Assembly: GCA_963799055.1 (NCBI GenBank) | Contig: CAWCVP010000012.1 | Coordinates: 25,640 to 89,639 of the forward strand | Direction: 5' to 3' | DNA from: an uncultured Candidatus Rokubacteria bacterium | GTDB lineage: Bacteria; Methylomirabilota; Methylomirabilia; Rokubacteriales; DASRDR01 | Length of the DNA stretch: 64,000 bases | Part shown: one piece after another, positions 52,834 to 62,904 of the stretch | Layout of the letters: every line of letters starts with the position of its first letter | Position numbering within the stretch: the stretch's first letter is position 1 | The notes under the pieces: model-generated | Databases searched by the model: none | Told to the model about the DNA's origin: nothing | Seen by the model: only the letters and a program-made list of their open reading frames with translations | Translations under genes and position numbers: made by a program

Positions 52834-53889
52834 GTGAGAGGTGCGAGCCGTGAGGCGAAACGAACGGCGGCACAGCGGACCGTCCGAGGCGGTCGTCGGT
52901 TGCAGGCCGGCGCGCTGTGCGCCATGGTGATCGCTCTGGCGAGCCTCGCCTTCACGGCGAGCGGCCTGGCGCAGCCGGCGGCGCGGGTCCCGCGAATCGG
53001 AGTCCTGGGCGTGGGCGATGATGAGAGCCGAGTGACCTCACGGTGGATGGGCTTTCTGGAGGAGCTCCGAGCACTCGGGCACGTGGAGGGGCGCAACGTC
53101 CTGATCGACCGGCGCTTCGCGGGAGGGGACCGCCAGCGCCTCCCCGGCCTCGCGCGCGACCTGGCTCAGCTCCGCGTCGATGTCGTTGTGACGACCGGCC
53201 CGAGCGAAACCCTCGCGGCCAAGCAGGCCCTGCCGACGACACCCATCGTGATGGTGGTCGTCCCCGATCCGGTCGGCATGGGCCTCGTGCAAAGCCTCGC
53301 GCGGCCCGGCGGCTACGTCACCGGGCTATCCGCGGTCAACAACGATCTGCGCGGCAAGGGACTCCAGCTCTTCAGGGAGGCGGTACCACGCGTGACGCGC
53401 GTGGCACTCCTGCAGACCCCGGCGGCCCCGATACGGGACGCCACGTTCCGCGAGGCCGAGCGCGCAGCACGTGCCCTGGGCTTGCAGATCCAAGCGTTCG
53501 ACGTCCGGAACGCCGCCGAGCTGGAGGGCGCCTTTGCCCGGATGGTCCGCGATGGAGCCGAGGGGGTGGTCGTTCCCATCGAGGGCTTGTTCTTCAACCA
53601 GCGTGCGAGGATCGCGGAGCTGGCGGCCCGGCATCGCCTGCCAGCGTTGTACGACTGGCGCGAGTTCGTCGAGGCCGGCGGGCTCATGTCGTACGGACCG
53701 GTGGTCTCCGATCTGTTCCGGCGCGCTGCGGTATACGTCGACAAGATTCTCAAGGGGGCCAAGCCCGCCGACCTCCCGGTGGAGGAGCCCACGAAGTTCG
53801 AGCTGCTGGTCAACCTCCGGACGGCCCGTGCGCTCGGGCTGACGATCCCGCCGGCGCTCCTTCAGCGAGCCGATCAGGTGTTCGAGTGA
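52834..53889 (+). CDS. ABC_sub_bind family substrate-binding protein (orphan type), intact
   Basis: RIGVL, LGHVEGRNV, TPIVM, DPVGMGLVQSLARPGG.VTG, GGLMSYGP, ILKGAKPADLPVEEPTKFELLVN; start could be 52924. Confidence 0.9.
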   Translation: MRGASREAKRTAAQRTVRGGRRLQAGALCAMVIALASLAFTASGLAQPAARVPRIGVLGVGDDESRVTSRWMGFLEELRALGHVEGRNVLIDRRFAGGDRQRLPGLARDLAQLRVDVVVTTGPSETLAAKQALPTTPIVMVVVPDPVGMGLVQSLARPGGYVTGLSAVNNDLRGKGLQLFREAVPRVTRVALLQTPAAPIRDATFREAERAARALGLQIQAFDVRNAAELEGAFARMVRDGAEGVVVPIEGLFFNQRARIAELAARHRLPALYDWREFVEAGGLMSYGPVVSDLFRRAAVYVDKILKGAKPADLPVEEPTKFELLVNLRTARALGLTIPPALLQRADQVFE

Positions 53890-54845
53890 CGGCTCCGATC
53901 CTCGAAATCGCCGGGCTGACGGTGCGCTACGGCGCCCGGCTCGCGACGTGGGCGGTCGACCTCCGGCTCGGACCTGGCGAGGTGCTGGGGCTCGTCGGGG
54001 AGTCCGGCGCGGGGAAGTCGACGGTCGGCCGCGCCGTCGTCCGGCTCCTTCCGGAGCCCGGGCGGATCGAGAGCGGCGCGGTCCGGCTCGGGGGACGCGA
54101 GCTCCTCCGGCTGTCCGAGACCGAGATGCGGGGTCTCCGAGGGGCCGACATCGCGCTCATCCCGCAGGATCCGCTCTCCGCGCTCAATCCGGCCTTCCGG
54201 ATCGGCCTTCAGGCGACGGACGCGCTGCGGATCCACCGCGGCCTCTCGCGGGCGGCGGCCCGCGCGGAGATGGCGCGGCTCCTCGCACGCCTCGGCATCG
54301 CGGACTCGGTGGACGTGCTCGAGCGCTATCCGCACGAGCTGTCGGGGGGCATGCGCCAGCGGGTCCTGATCGCCATGGCGTTCTCCTGCGAGCCCACGCT
54401 CGTGATCGCCGACGAGCCGACGACCGCGCTCGACGTCACCACGCAAGCGCAGATCCTGCGACTCCTCGAGGTTCTCCAGGCCGAGCGCGGCGTTGCCACG
54501 CTCTTCGTCACCCACGATCTGGGCGTGGTCGCCCACCTGGCCCATCGGGTGGCCGTGATGTACGCGGGCTGCGTCGTGGAATCGGCGGCGACCCCGGATC
54601 TCTTCCGCGCGCCCGCCCACCCCTACACGCAGGGCCTCCTGGCCCAGGTGCTGCGTGTCGACGTCCGCGCGGAGGCGAACGGCGCGCGCGACGGCCTCAT
54701 GCCGGTGCTGACCGCACCGCCGGAGGCGTGCCCGTTCCGAGAGCGGTGCGCGAGGCGCATGGCGATCTGCGACGAGGCGATGCCGGCCGTCCGCGACGTG
54801 GCGCCCGGCCACGCGGTCGCCTGTCACCTCTACGAGGCGGCATGA
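53886..54845 (+). CDS. peptide ABC ATPase (DppD type)
   Basis: [35 protein letters not shown], Cys-rich C-terminus. Confidence 0.92.
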   Translation: MTAPILEIAGLTVRYGARLATWAVDLRLGPGEVLGLVGESGAGKSTVGRAVVRLLPEPGRIESGAVRLGGRELLRLSETEMRGLRGADIALIPQDPLSALNPAFRIGLQATDALRIHRGLSRAAARAEMARLLARLGIADSVDVLERYPHELSGGMRQRVLIAMAFSCEPTLVIADEPTTALDVTTQAQILRLLEVLQAERGVATLFVTHDLGVVAHLAHRVAVMYAGCVVESAATPDLFRAPAHPYTQGLLAQVLRVDVRAEANGARDGLMPVLTAPPEACPFRERCARRMAICDEAMPAVRDVAPGHAVACHLYEAA

Positions 54846-55813
54846 GCGGCGCGACGGACGGCGTTCCGCTCCTCGAAACGCAGGACCTCCGGACGCACTT
54901 CCGTCACGGCGGCTGGCTCCAGCCGGCACGCACCCTGCGCGCCGTCGATGGCGTCAGTATCAGCGTGATGCGCCAGGAGACCGTGGGCCTCGTCGGCGAG
55001 TCGGGCTCCGGGAAGACGACGCTCGGCCGGACCATCCTTCGTCTCGTGGAGCCGACGGCGGGCAGGGTCTTCCTCGGTGGACAGGAGATCACCGGGCTGT
55101 CCCAGGCGGCGCTCCGGCCGCTCCGCCGGCGCATGCAGATCGTCTTCCAGAACCCGTACGCATCGCTCAACCCCCGGCGGCCGGTCGGCGCGATCGTCGG
55201 ACAGCCTCTCGCCGTCCACCAGGTTCCGGGCGATCATGCCCGCATGGTCGGGGACCTCCTCGACCGGGTCGGGCTCCCGCGGGACGCGGCGCGCCGATAC
55301 CCGCACGAGTTCTCGGGCGGTCAGCGCCAGCGCATCGCCATCGCGCGAGCCCTTGCCCTCCGGCCGGACCTGGTGGTTGCCGACGAGATCACGTCGGGGC
55401 TGGACGTGACGGTCAAGCTGCGAGTGCTCGGGCTCCTCCGCGAGCTCCAGGCCGAGTTCCGCGTCGCGTACCTCTTCATCTCCCACGACCTCGCGGTCGT
55501 CCGACAGGTCGCCGATCGGGTCGCCGTCATGTACCTGGGCGAGATCGTGGAGGAGGCGCCCACCGAGGCGCTCTTCGAGCGCCCGCTCCACCCCTACACG
55601 CAGGCGCTGCGGGCGTCGGTGCCGCCGCCGGACCCCACCGTCGTCTGGCTGCCTCCCGTGCTGCCCGGCGATCCGCCGAGTCCGATGGCGGTCCCGCCGG
55701 GCTGCCGGTTCCACCCCCGCTGTCCCATAGCCGAGGCCCGCTGCCGAACGGAGCCACCCCGGCTGCGAGCGCTCGGGCCGGGCCGCCGCGTGGCCTGCCA
55801 CCTCGCGTCGTGA
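54842..55813 (+). CDS. peptide ABC ATPase (DppF type)
   Basis: GESGSGKTT, YPHEFSGGQRQR, HPYT, GCRFHPRCP. Confidence 0.92.
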   Translation: MSGATDGVPLLETQDLRTHFRHGGWLQPARTLRAVDGVSISVMRQETVGLVGESGSGKTTLGRTILRLVEPTAGRVFLGGQEITGLSQAALRPLRRRMQIVFQNPYASLNPRRPVGAIVGQPLAVHQVPGDHARMVGDLLDRVGLPRDAARRYPHEFSGGQRQRIAIARALALRPDLVVADEITSGLDVTVKLRVLGLLRELQAEFRVAYLFISHDLAVVRQVADRVAVMYLGEIVEEAPTEALFERPLHPYTQALRASVPPPDPTVVWLPPVLPGDPPSPMAVPPGCRFHPRCPIAEARCRTEPPRLRALGPGRRVACHLAS

Positions 55814-55817
55814 CGCC

Positions 55818-56303
55818 ATGACGGAAGAAGATCCGGTCCGGCGGGCGACCGGGCTCTGGCAGGAGGGCTGCCGGCTCCAGATGGCGGGGGAGCTGGATCG
55901 GGCGATTCTCGCCTACAAGCGCTCGATCGAGATCCACCCGACCGCCGAGGCCCACACGTACCTCGGCTGGACGTACAGCTTCCAGGGGAAGCTCGACGAG
56001 GCGACCGCCGAGTGCCTCCGTGCGATCGAGATCGATCCGGAATTCGGCAACCCCTACAACGACATCGGCGTCTACCTCATGCAGCAGGATCGTCTCGACG
56101 AGGCCATTCCATGGCTCATGAAGGCCAAGCTGGCGACGCGCTACGAGCCGCGGCAGTTCCCGTACATGAACCTCGGGCGGATCCACCTCCGGAAGGGGCG
56201 GTGGTGGGACGCGCTGCGTGAGTTCGAGGGCGCGGTGCGGATGGCGCCGACCGATGCCGAGGCGCGGAAGGCGCTCCACACGCTGCGGGGGCGGCTCAAC
56301 TGA
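55818..56303 (+). CDS. tetratricopeptide repeat protein
   Basis: AEAHTYLGWTY, AIEIDPEFGNPYNDIG, PYMNLG. Confidence 0.85.
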   Translation: MTEEDPVRRATGLWQEGCRLQMAGELDRAILAYKRSIEIHPTAEAHTYLGWTYSFQGKLDEATAECLRAIEIDPEFGNPYNDIGVYLMQQDRLDEAIPWLMKAKLATRYEPRQFPYMNLGRIHLRKGRWWDALREFEGAVRMAPTDAEARKALHTLRGRLN

Positions 56304-57038
56304 TGGCCGATCGGGTGGCGCTCGTGACGGGCGCGACGCGCGGCATCGCCCGCGGCATCGCGCTGGATCTGGCGCGCCAGGGCTGGGCGGTGGCCGTCTC
56401 GTTCCGGACGGACGCGCGGGCGGCGAACGCGACGCGGGACGCGATCGAGGCCGCGGGCACTCCCGCGCTCGTCCTGCAGGCCGATCTGGCCGACCCCGCC
56501 GAGGCCCGGGCGCTCGTGGACCGTGTGGAAGCGACCTGGGGGCGCCTCGACGCGCTCGTCCACGGGGCCGGGCCCTATCACGAAGGGCCGCTCCTCGAGG
56601 AGACGCCGGAGCGCTGGCGGAGCGCCTTTCGCCAGAACCTCGACCCCCTGCTGTTCCTTGCGCAGGCCGCGGCGCCGGGGATGCAGGCCCGGCGCTGGGG
56701 CCGAATCCTCGGTCTCGGCCTCGCGACGGCGGACCGGCTCTCCGCCCAGCCCAACGTCACCGCCTACTACATCGCGAAGGCGGGTCTCCTCGTCCTGGTG
56801 CGGTCGCTCGCGAAGGTTCTGGCCCCACACGGCATCACCGTGAACGCGGTGTCTCCCGGGCATTCTCGAGACGCCGGGATACCCTCGACCGGACCTCGAC
56901 GCCCTGCTCCAGCGGATTCCCGCGGGGCACCTCGGACAGGTCGACGACGTGGTCGCCGCGGCGCGCTTCCTCCTGTCCGACGAGGCCCGTTACGTCACCG
57001 GGGCCAACATTCACGTGAGCGGCGGCTGGGGGCTCTGA
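56303..57038 (+). CDS. SDR family oxidoreductase; frameshifts ~56860-56890
   Basis: VTGATRGIA, YYIAK, VNAVSPG, then IPAGHLG...YVTGANIHVSGG. Confidence 0.87.
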
Positions 57039-57060
57039 TCCCGGAGGCTGGAGGGACTCG

Positions 57061-57841
57061 ATGAGCGCTTCGTTTCGTCACCTCACCGTCGCGCGCGCAG
57101 GGGCGGTTGCGACCGTCGTCTTCGACCGCCCGCCCGTCAACGCGGTCACCCTGGAGGTCATCGACGAGTTCCTCCTGGCGGTCGCGGAGATCGGGGCCGA
57201 CCGGGCCGTCCGGGCCGTGATTCTCACGGGCCGCGAGCGGCGATTCTGCGCGGGCGCCGACATCGCCATGCTGCAGGACCTCAGCCCGGAGCATCACCGG
57301 CGCGTCCGGCGCTGGGTGGACGTGCAGCAGGGTCTCGAGGCGATGGAGAAGCCCGTCGTCGCGGCGATCAACGGCTACGCGCTCGGCGGCGGGGCGGAGC
57401 TGGCGCTGGCCTGCGACGTCCGGCTGATGGCGCGGGGTGGGGAGATCGGGTTCCCCGAGATCCGGCTCGGCTTCTTTCCGGGCGCCGGCGGCACCCAGCG
57501 GCTCACCCGCCTGGTGGGGCCGGCGCGCGCCCTGCGGCTCATGATGGACGGCCGCCGGCTCGGCGCCGACGAGGCGCGCACCCTCGGGCTCGTCGACGAG
57601 GTCGTCCCGGCCGACCTTCTCCAGCAGACCGCCCGGGACGTGGCGGAGCGCCTGGCCGCGGGGCCGACCCGCGCGATCGGGCTCCTCAAGCGCTGCGTGT
57701 ACCGGGGCCACGGGCGGCCCTTCGACGAGGGTCTCGCGCTGGAAGGCGAGGCGGTCATGGAGCTGATCCGCACGGCCGACGCGCGGGAAGGCATGGAGGC
57801 ATTCCTCGCGAAGCGGCCGCCCGCGGTTCACGGGCGACTGA
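57061..57841 (+). CDS. enoyl-CoA hydratase/isomerase (crotonase); frameshift near the 3' end
   Basis: FCAGADI, AAINGYALGGGAEL, PEIRLG..PGAGGTQRL, EGMEAFLAKR. Confidence 0.92.
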
Positions 57842-57842
57842 C

Positions 57843-58280
57843 GTGCCCGCGAGAGTGCTTCGCACGTCGATCGAGGTGGTCGGTCTTGCCGCGATTCTGG
57901 CGCTGCACACGGTCATCGCGATCTTGTACGCGCTCGGGAGCACCCTCATCACCGACCCGACGCATCGTCTCGTCTACTGGGCCGTGATCGCGCTCGGCTA
58001 CACGGCGATGGCGGTCGTCGCGGCGGGCCGCCGCCGGATTCTCGGTGATGTCCCGTGGCGGAGCACGCTCGACGCTTGGCTCATCGCGTTCCCGGTGACG
58101 GCGGCGGCGGTCGTCGCCCTGGTGAGTGCGAGGTGGCCGTTACGGTTGTCGGGATGGAACGCTCACGGCATGGGGGCGTCGGGCGGAGAAGCGAACTCCG
58201 TCTTCCTACCGTGGATCCACCTGGCGACCTGGTGGCTTCTGGCCACGTCGTGGCATCGCTGGCGCCAGGGCCGCGTCTAG
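57843..58280 (+). CDS. hypothetical membrane protein (~4 TM)
   Basis: Four hydrophobic segments; fills the gap between the crotonase and a convergent gene. Confidence 0.55.
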   Translation: MPARVLRTSIEVVGLAAILALHTVIAILYALGSTLITDPTHRLVYWAVIALGYTAMAVVAAGRRRILGDVPWRSTLDAWLIAFPVTAAAVVALVSARWPLRLSGWNAHGMGASGGEANSVFLPWIHLATWWLLATSWHRWRQGRV

Positions 58281-58309
58281 CGCGCGGAAGAGTGCGGGCC
58301 GCCCGGCGG

Positions 58310-58927
58310 TCACGCTTCGGCGTCCATCGCGTTCGGCCGGAACTGGATGCTCATCCGCGGCCCCGCCCGCGCCGCCTTCGGCACCGCGTGCTGCCAGGTG
58401 CGCTGACAGCTCCCGCCCATCACCAGGAGGTCGCCCCACCCGAGATCGAAGGCGCGCGACGCGCCGCCCGCGGCGGGCCGGAGCAGGAAGCGTCGCGGCG
58501 CGCCAACGGATAGGATCGCGACCACCGTGTCGTCGACGAGGCGACCGAGTCGGTCGCCGTGCCAGGCTACGCTGTCACGCCCGTCCCGGTAGTACGCGAG
58601 CGAGATCCGGTCGAGCGCGAGCCCGTACCACTGGGTCAGGGCGGTGGAGGCCTGGGCGAGCACCGGATGGCCGGGGCCATCGTCCGGCAAGGTGGCGACC
58701 AGGCGCGGGACTTCGACGACCCGCTCGTACATGCGGCGTCGCTGGTGCTGCCACCGGGTCGTCGCGCGGAGGACCTCGAACAGTGCCTCGTGCCCGTCGA
58801 GCCAGCCGGGAAGGTGATCCACCCAGGCCCGGGCGTCCAGGGGGATTCGCCGCAGGCGCCCGAGCGCACGGTCGAGCCGCGGCTCTCCCGAGCCGAACAG
58901 GCTGGTCTGTTCTGCGAGGGTCGCCAT
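58310..58927 (-). CDS. AlkB family 2OG-Fe(II) dioxygenase
   Basis: YYRDGRDSVAWHGD (HxD), WQHAVPK, RMSIQFR. Confidence 0.9.
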   Translation of the reverse strand: MATLAEQTSLFGSGEPRLDRALGRLRRIPLDARAWVDHLPGWLDGHEALFEVLRATTRWQHQRRRMYERVVEVPRLVATLPDDGPGHPVLAQASTALTQWYGLALDRISLAYYRDGRDSVAWHGDRLGRLVDDTVVAILSVGAPRRFLLRPAAGGASRAFDLGWGDLLVMGGSCQRTWQHAVPKAARAGPRMSIQFRPNAMDAEA

Positions 58928-59005
58928 GCCTGGAGTGTACTCATCACCTGTTGTGGGTCAAGCCGGTCAGGTGCGCGGGGCGGGTTCGGGACGGGGGAAC
59001 GGGAC

Positions 59006-60271
59006 TCAGAGCCCTCCGGCGACCGTCCGGGGCCCGAGCCCATCCAGGTCGTGGTCCGGCTTCCGCCCGGCGACCAGATCCGCCACGATCCGCCCGGTGC
59101 CGAAGGCCATCGTCCACCCCATGTGGCCGTGGCCGGCGTTGAAGTAGAGGTTGCGGTGGCGGCCGGCCCCCAGCACGGGCGGCCCATCCGGCGTCATCGG
59201 GCGAAGACACGCCCGAAAGTCGCCGCGCGCCCAGTCCGCGGCGGTCGGGAAGAGGTCCCGCGCGAGCCGCAGGATGTTGTTGAAGTCGCGCGGGGTCCAG
59301 CTCCGGTCGTGTCCCGCGAACTCCGCGGTCGAGGTGAGCCGGAGACGGTCCCCCTGGCGGGACCAGCCCACGAGCCATTGCTCGTCGACGCCCGGCACTG
59401 TCGGCGCGAGCCCGTCCGCCGCGAGCGGGAAGGTCGAGGAGTACCCCTTGGCCGGGTAGATCCCGAGCCGCACGCCGATGGTTCGCGCGACGAGCGGGGC
59501 GCTCACGCCGAGCGCCAGGACGTAGGCATCGGCCGTGAGCGTGCCGCCGGAGGTCACCGCGCCGGCGATGCGATCTCCCTCCGCACGGAGCGCGCTGACG
59601 CGGGTGCCGAGCTGCAGGATCACGCCCAGCTTTTCCTGGCAGATGCGGGCCAGCTTCTCGGTGAAGAGGCGGGAATCACCGCTCGTGTCGCCGAGGTCGC
59701 GCACGGCGCCGGCGATCTTCTCCTGCACGGGAGCGAACGCCGGCTCGAGCCGCGCGACCTGGGCGGGATCCAGCACTTCCTGGCGCTGCCCGTGCTCCGC
59801 GAGCAGCGCCATCTTGCGGACGCCCCGCTCGAACTCGCGCGGATCCCGGTACACGTAGAGCGCGCCCTTCGTCACCGCGTGGTACTCGATCCCCTCGGTC
59901 CGGACGAGATCGGTCATGAGGGCCTGGCTGTACTGGCAGAGGCGGAGCTTGACGAGGGTATTGCGCCGGGCGCGCGACGCCGCACACTCCCGGAGGAAGC
60001 GGAACCCCCAGGTGAAGAGGGCGGGGTCCAGCCGCGGACGCACGCGAATCGCGGTCTCCTGGCCGAGGAGCGAGCGGAGGAGCATCGCCGGGGCCTTCGG
60101 GGACGCCCACGCGAAGGAATGTCCCGGCGCGATCATTCCCGCGTTGGCCCCGCTCGCGTCCCGGCCGACACCCTCCTGCGCCTCGACGAGCGTGACCTCG
60201 TGGCCGTCCTTCGCGAGGTAGTACGCCGCCGTCACTCCCGCGATGCCGCCACCCAGGACGACGATCCTCAT
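59006..60271 (-). CDS. dadA: D-amino acid dehydrogenase (DadA-like)
   Basis: VLGGGIAG, SGANAG, YPAKGYS, CLRPMTPDGPP, GHGHMGWT. Confidence 0.85.
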   Translation of the reverse strand: MRIVVLGGGIAGVTAAYYLAKDGHEVTLVEAQEGVGRDASGANAGMIAPGHSFAWASPKAPAMLLRSLLGQETAIRVRPRLDPALFTWGFRFLRECAASRARRNTLVKLRLCQYSQALMTDLVRTEGIEYHAVTKGALYVYRDPREFERGVRKMALLAEHGQRQEVLDPAQVARLEPAFAPVQEKIAGAVRDLGDTSGDSRLFTEKLARICQEKLGVILQLGTRVSALRAEGDRIAGAVTSGGTLTADAYVLALGVSAPLVARTIGVRLGIYPAKGYSSTFPLAADGLAPTVPGVDEQWLVGWSRQGDRLRLTSTAEFAGHDRSWTPRDFNNILRLARDLFPTAADWARGDFRACLRPMTPDGPPVLGAGRHRNLYFNAGHGHMGWTMAFGTGRIVADLVAGRKPDHDLDGLGPRTVAGGL

Positions 60272-60344
60272 GTGGGCCTCCGGCCGCGAGGATACGGCGC
60301 GCCCGGAGCCGCCTGCAAGGCACGCCCCCCGGCGCCTGATGCAG

Positions 60345-60906
60345 TCAGAGCACTCGCCGGAAGAGATCGGGGTACGTCAGGACCAGTCCGTCGCCGTCGA
60401 CCTCGATCTCGCGGGTGAAGCCCGAGGCCAGGGACTCGAACCGGTAGCGGCGCCCGGGCTCGAGGCACGTGTAGCGCTGGCGCTCGGCCGTCACGGTCAC
60501 TTCGGGGAGCCGGACGTACACGACCAGGATCGTGTCGGATTCCCCGGCCCGCAAGCCCAGGCGCCGAATCGGCAGCGTGTTCGTGAACGGGGTGGCGGAG
60601 ATGTCGACGTCGACCGCGCCGGCCAGATCGGGACGGCGCGCCCCCGAGCCGTCGGTCCACTGCGCCGCGTCGTTGCTCGAGAGCTCGAGCTCGGTGTCCT
60701 GACCGAGGAGGGTCAGCCGAAGACGCCGGACGCGCCACCCTGCGTCACAGTCGATCCGGTACCGGGCGGCGAAGGCCTCGCCGCTGTCGGTGCTGCCCAG
60801 GATCGCTGCATCGGCGTGGACGCCATCCGGTCGCTGTCTCGAGCACGAGGTGCTCGAGACCCTCCCCCGACCAGTCACGCCAGCGGACGACGACCCTCTC
60901 GCTCAC
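60345..60906 (-). CDS. putative glycolipid-binding domain protein (DUF1089-like); frameshift ~60833
   Basis: VRWRDWSGEGLEHLVL then YRIDCD..W, VDVDISATPFTNTLPIRRL, QRYTCL, VDGDGLVLTYP. Confidence 0.78.
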
Positions 60907-60955
60907 GCCGTCATCATGGCCGGCCGACGGCGAGGAGCCGGCGCCCGACGCCGCC

Positions 60956-61288
60956 CTAGGCGAGGGCGGCGAGGCGGCGCGTCAGCTCGGCTTTCGGCGG
61001 GGCGCCGACCACGGTGTCGACGACCTGGCCGTCCTTGAAGAGGAGGAGCGTGGGAATGGCCTGGACGCCGTAGCGCTGGGCCAGGCCCGGCTGCTCGTCG
61101 ACGTTCACCTTGGCCACGACGAGGCGCCCGGTCTCGGCCCGGGCGATCTCCTCGAGCACTGGGCCGATGGCGCGGCAAGGCCCGCACCAGGGCGCCCAGA
61201 AGTCCACCAGCAGTCGCGGCGTTGCGGCCACGATCTCGGAGAAGTTGCGCTCCGTCAGGGGGAGCGTCGCGCCAGTCACGTCCGTCAT
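60956..61288 (-). CDS. trxA: thioredoxin
   Basis: VDFWAPWCGPC, KVNVD, IPTLLLFKDG; AGGAGGA RBS. Confidence 0.95.
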   Translation of the reverse strand: MTDVTGATLPLTERNFSEIVAATPRLLVDFWAPWCGPCRAIGPVLEEIARAETGRLVVAKVNVDEQPGLAQRYGVQAIPTLLLFKDGQVVDTVVGAPPKAELTRRLAALA

Positions 61289-61506
61289 CTGATCCTCCTG
61301 GGCCGGGACGGGAACCGTCCGGTCTCCGGCGTCGCTGTTTGGACGCGATGCGACGGAGACGGGATTCTGCCGCGCCCCCTGACATACAATGGCCGCGGAG
61401 AGGGTGGCCAATGGACGCTCCCCCGGCACCGTCGCGCCCGTGACACGCCTGATGCCGTCGATGACCTCGGATCCGATCGGGTCCGCCTGACCCCGCCGAT
61501 CGGGCC

Positions 61507-62796
61507 GTGTTCCAGCCTTCCGAGGAGACGCGCGGCCGGGACGAGCTCGCGGTCCTCCAGCTCGAGCGCCTCCGGAGGACCGTTGCGCGCATCGGGGCGC
61601 ACAACGCCGGCTATCACCGTCGCCTCGGCGGGATCGGCCCTGGCGACCTCGCCTCGCTGGACGACCTCCGCCGGCTGCCGCTTCTCACGAAGGACGAGCT
61701 TCGCGATGCCTACCCCTATCGCATGGCGTGTCCCGGGGACGAGCCGATCCTGCGGGTCCACATGTCCTCCGGCACGACGGGCGCGCCGATCGTCAACCCC
61801 TACACCGCGGCCGACATCCAGCAGTGGCGCGAGACCATGGCCCGCTCGCTGGCCGCGGCCGGCGTGGCGCCGGACGACGTCATCCTCGTCACGGCGTCGT
61901 TCGGCCTGTTCACCGGCGGCTTCGGCTTCCAGTACGGCGCCGAGGCGCTCGGGGCGATGGTGATCCCGGTGGGCGCGGGGCGGACGGTCCTGCAGCTCCA
62001 GCTCCTCCGCGACCTCGGGGCGACCGTGCTGGCGGCGATCGCGACGTATCCGCTCCGCATGATCGAGGTGGCGCGCGAGGAGGGGTTCGACTTCCGGACG
62101 ACGAAGCTGCGCGTCGCCGTGCTCGGCTCGGAGCCCTGGTCGGACGAGCTGCGGGCGCGGATCGAGAGCGAGATGGGCGTGCGGGCGCACGACCTGATCG
62201 GCATGACCGAGACGGGCGGCCCGGGCATGGGGATCGAGTGCGCCGCCCGGGACGGGATCCACGTGTGGGACGACCACTACCTGCCGGAGATCGTCGATCC
62301 CGCGACGGGCGACGTGGTTCCGGACGGCGACTGGGGCGAGCTGGTCGTGACCACCCTCACGCGGCAGGGACTGCCCCTGATCCGCTACCGGACGCGCGAC
62401 GTCACCCGCGTCCGGTCGCGCGAGCGATGCCCCTGCGGACGGACCGGCGTCAGGCTCGACCGCTTCCACGGCCGGACGGACGACATGGTCATCTTCAAGG
62501 GGGTCAACTTCTATCCGAGCCAGATCGAGCGGATCCTCCTCCGGCAGCCGGGGCTCGAGCACGAGTACCAGATCGTGCTGGAGCGGGACGCCGCGCACGG
62601 CGACCGGCTCATCCTGTGCGTCGAGGCCGGACCGGGGTTCGACCGGCCCGCCCAGACCCGACTCTCGCGCGAGCTGAGCGACCGCCTGAGTCTGACGCCG
62701 GAGATCCGGCTCATGGCGCCCGGGGCGATCCCGCGGCCGCCCGGCAAGGCCGTCCGCGTCGTCGACCGGCGGTCAAACTCCGGGGTCAGGCCCTGA
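61507..62796 (+). CDS. paaK: phenylacetate-CoA ligase family
   Basis: HMSSGTTG, YT..D, GLFTGG.GFQYG, GMTE..GPG, PLIRYRTRD, GRTDDM, GKAVRVVD; start may lie slightly upstream. Confidence 0.88.
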   Translation: MFQPSEETRGRDELAVLQLERLRRTVARIGAHNAGYHRRLGGIGPGDLASLDDLRRLPLLTKDELRDAYPYRMACPGDEPILRVHMSSGTTGAPIVNPYTAADIQQWRETMARSLAAAGVAPDDVILVTASFGLFTGGFGFQYGAEALGAMVIPVGAGRTVLQLQLLRDLGATVLAAIATYPLRMIEVAREEGFDFRTTKLRVAVLGSEPWSDELRARIESEMGVRAHDLIGMTETGGPGMGIECAARDGIHVWDDHYLPEIVDPATGDVVPDGDWGELVVTTLTRQGLPLIRYRTRDVTRVRSRERCPCGRTGVRLDRFHGRTDDMVIFKGVNFYPSQIERILLRQPGLEHEYQIVLERDAAHGDRLILCVEAGPGFDRPAQTRLSRELSDRLSLTPEIRLMAPGAIPRPPGKAVRVVDRRSNSGVRP

Positions 62797-62857
62797 CTTT
62801 CGACTTCCTGCCGGACGGACGAGAATTGGCGGAAAGTCAAAGTCAGGGCCTGACCCC
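62772..62857. repeat. palindromic REP/MITE-like element, copy 3; supplies the paaK stop codon
   Basis: GGGGTCAGGCCCTGACTTT (62782-800) / AAAGTCAGGGCCTGACCCC (62839-57) perfect 19-bp arms; flanking GTCAAACTCC. Confidence 0.88.
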
Positions 62858-62904
62858 AAGAAAGGGAGCGTCATGAAGAAGGTGGCACGTCCGGGAGGTG
62901 GGTC

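Noticed and set aside
23253-62857. CRISPR repeats or integron attC sites
   Set aside because: The three palindromes are tens of kb apart, not a regularly spaced array; there are no cas or intI genes and no RYYYAAC/GTTRRRY ends.
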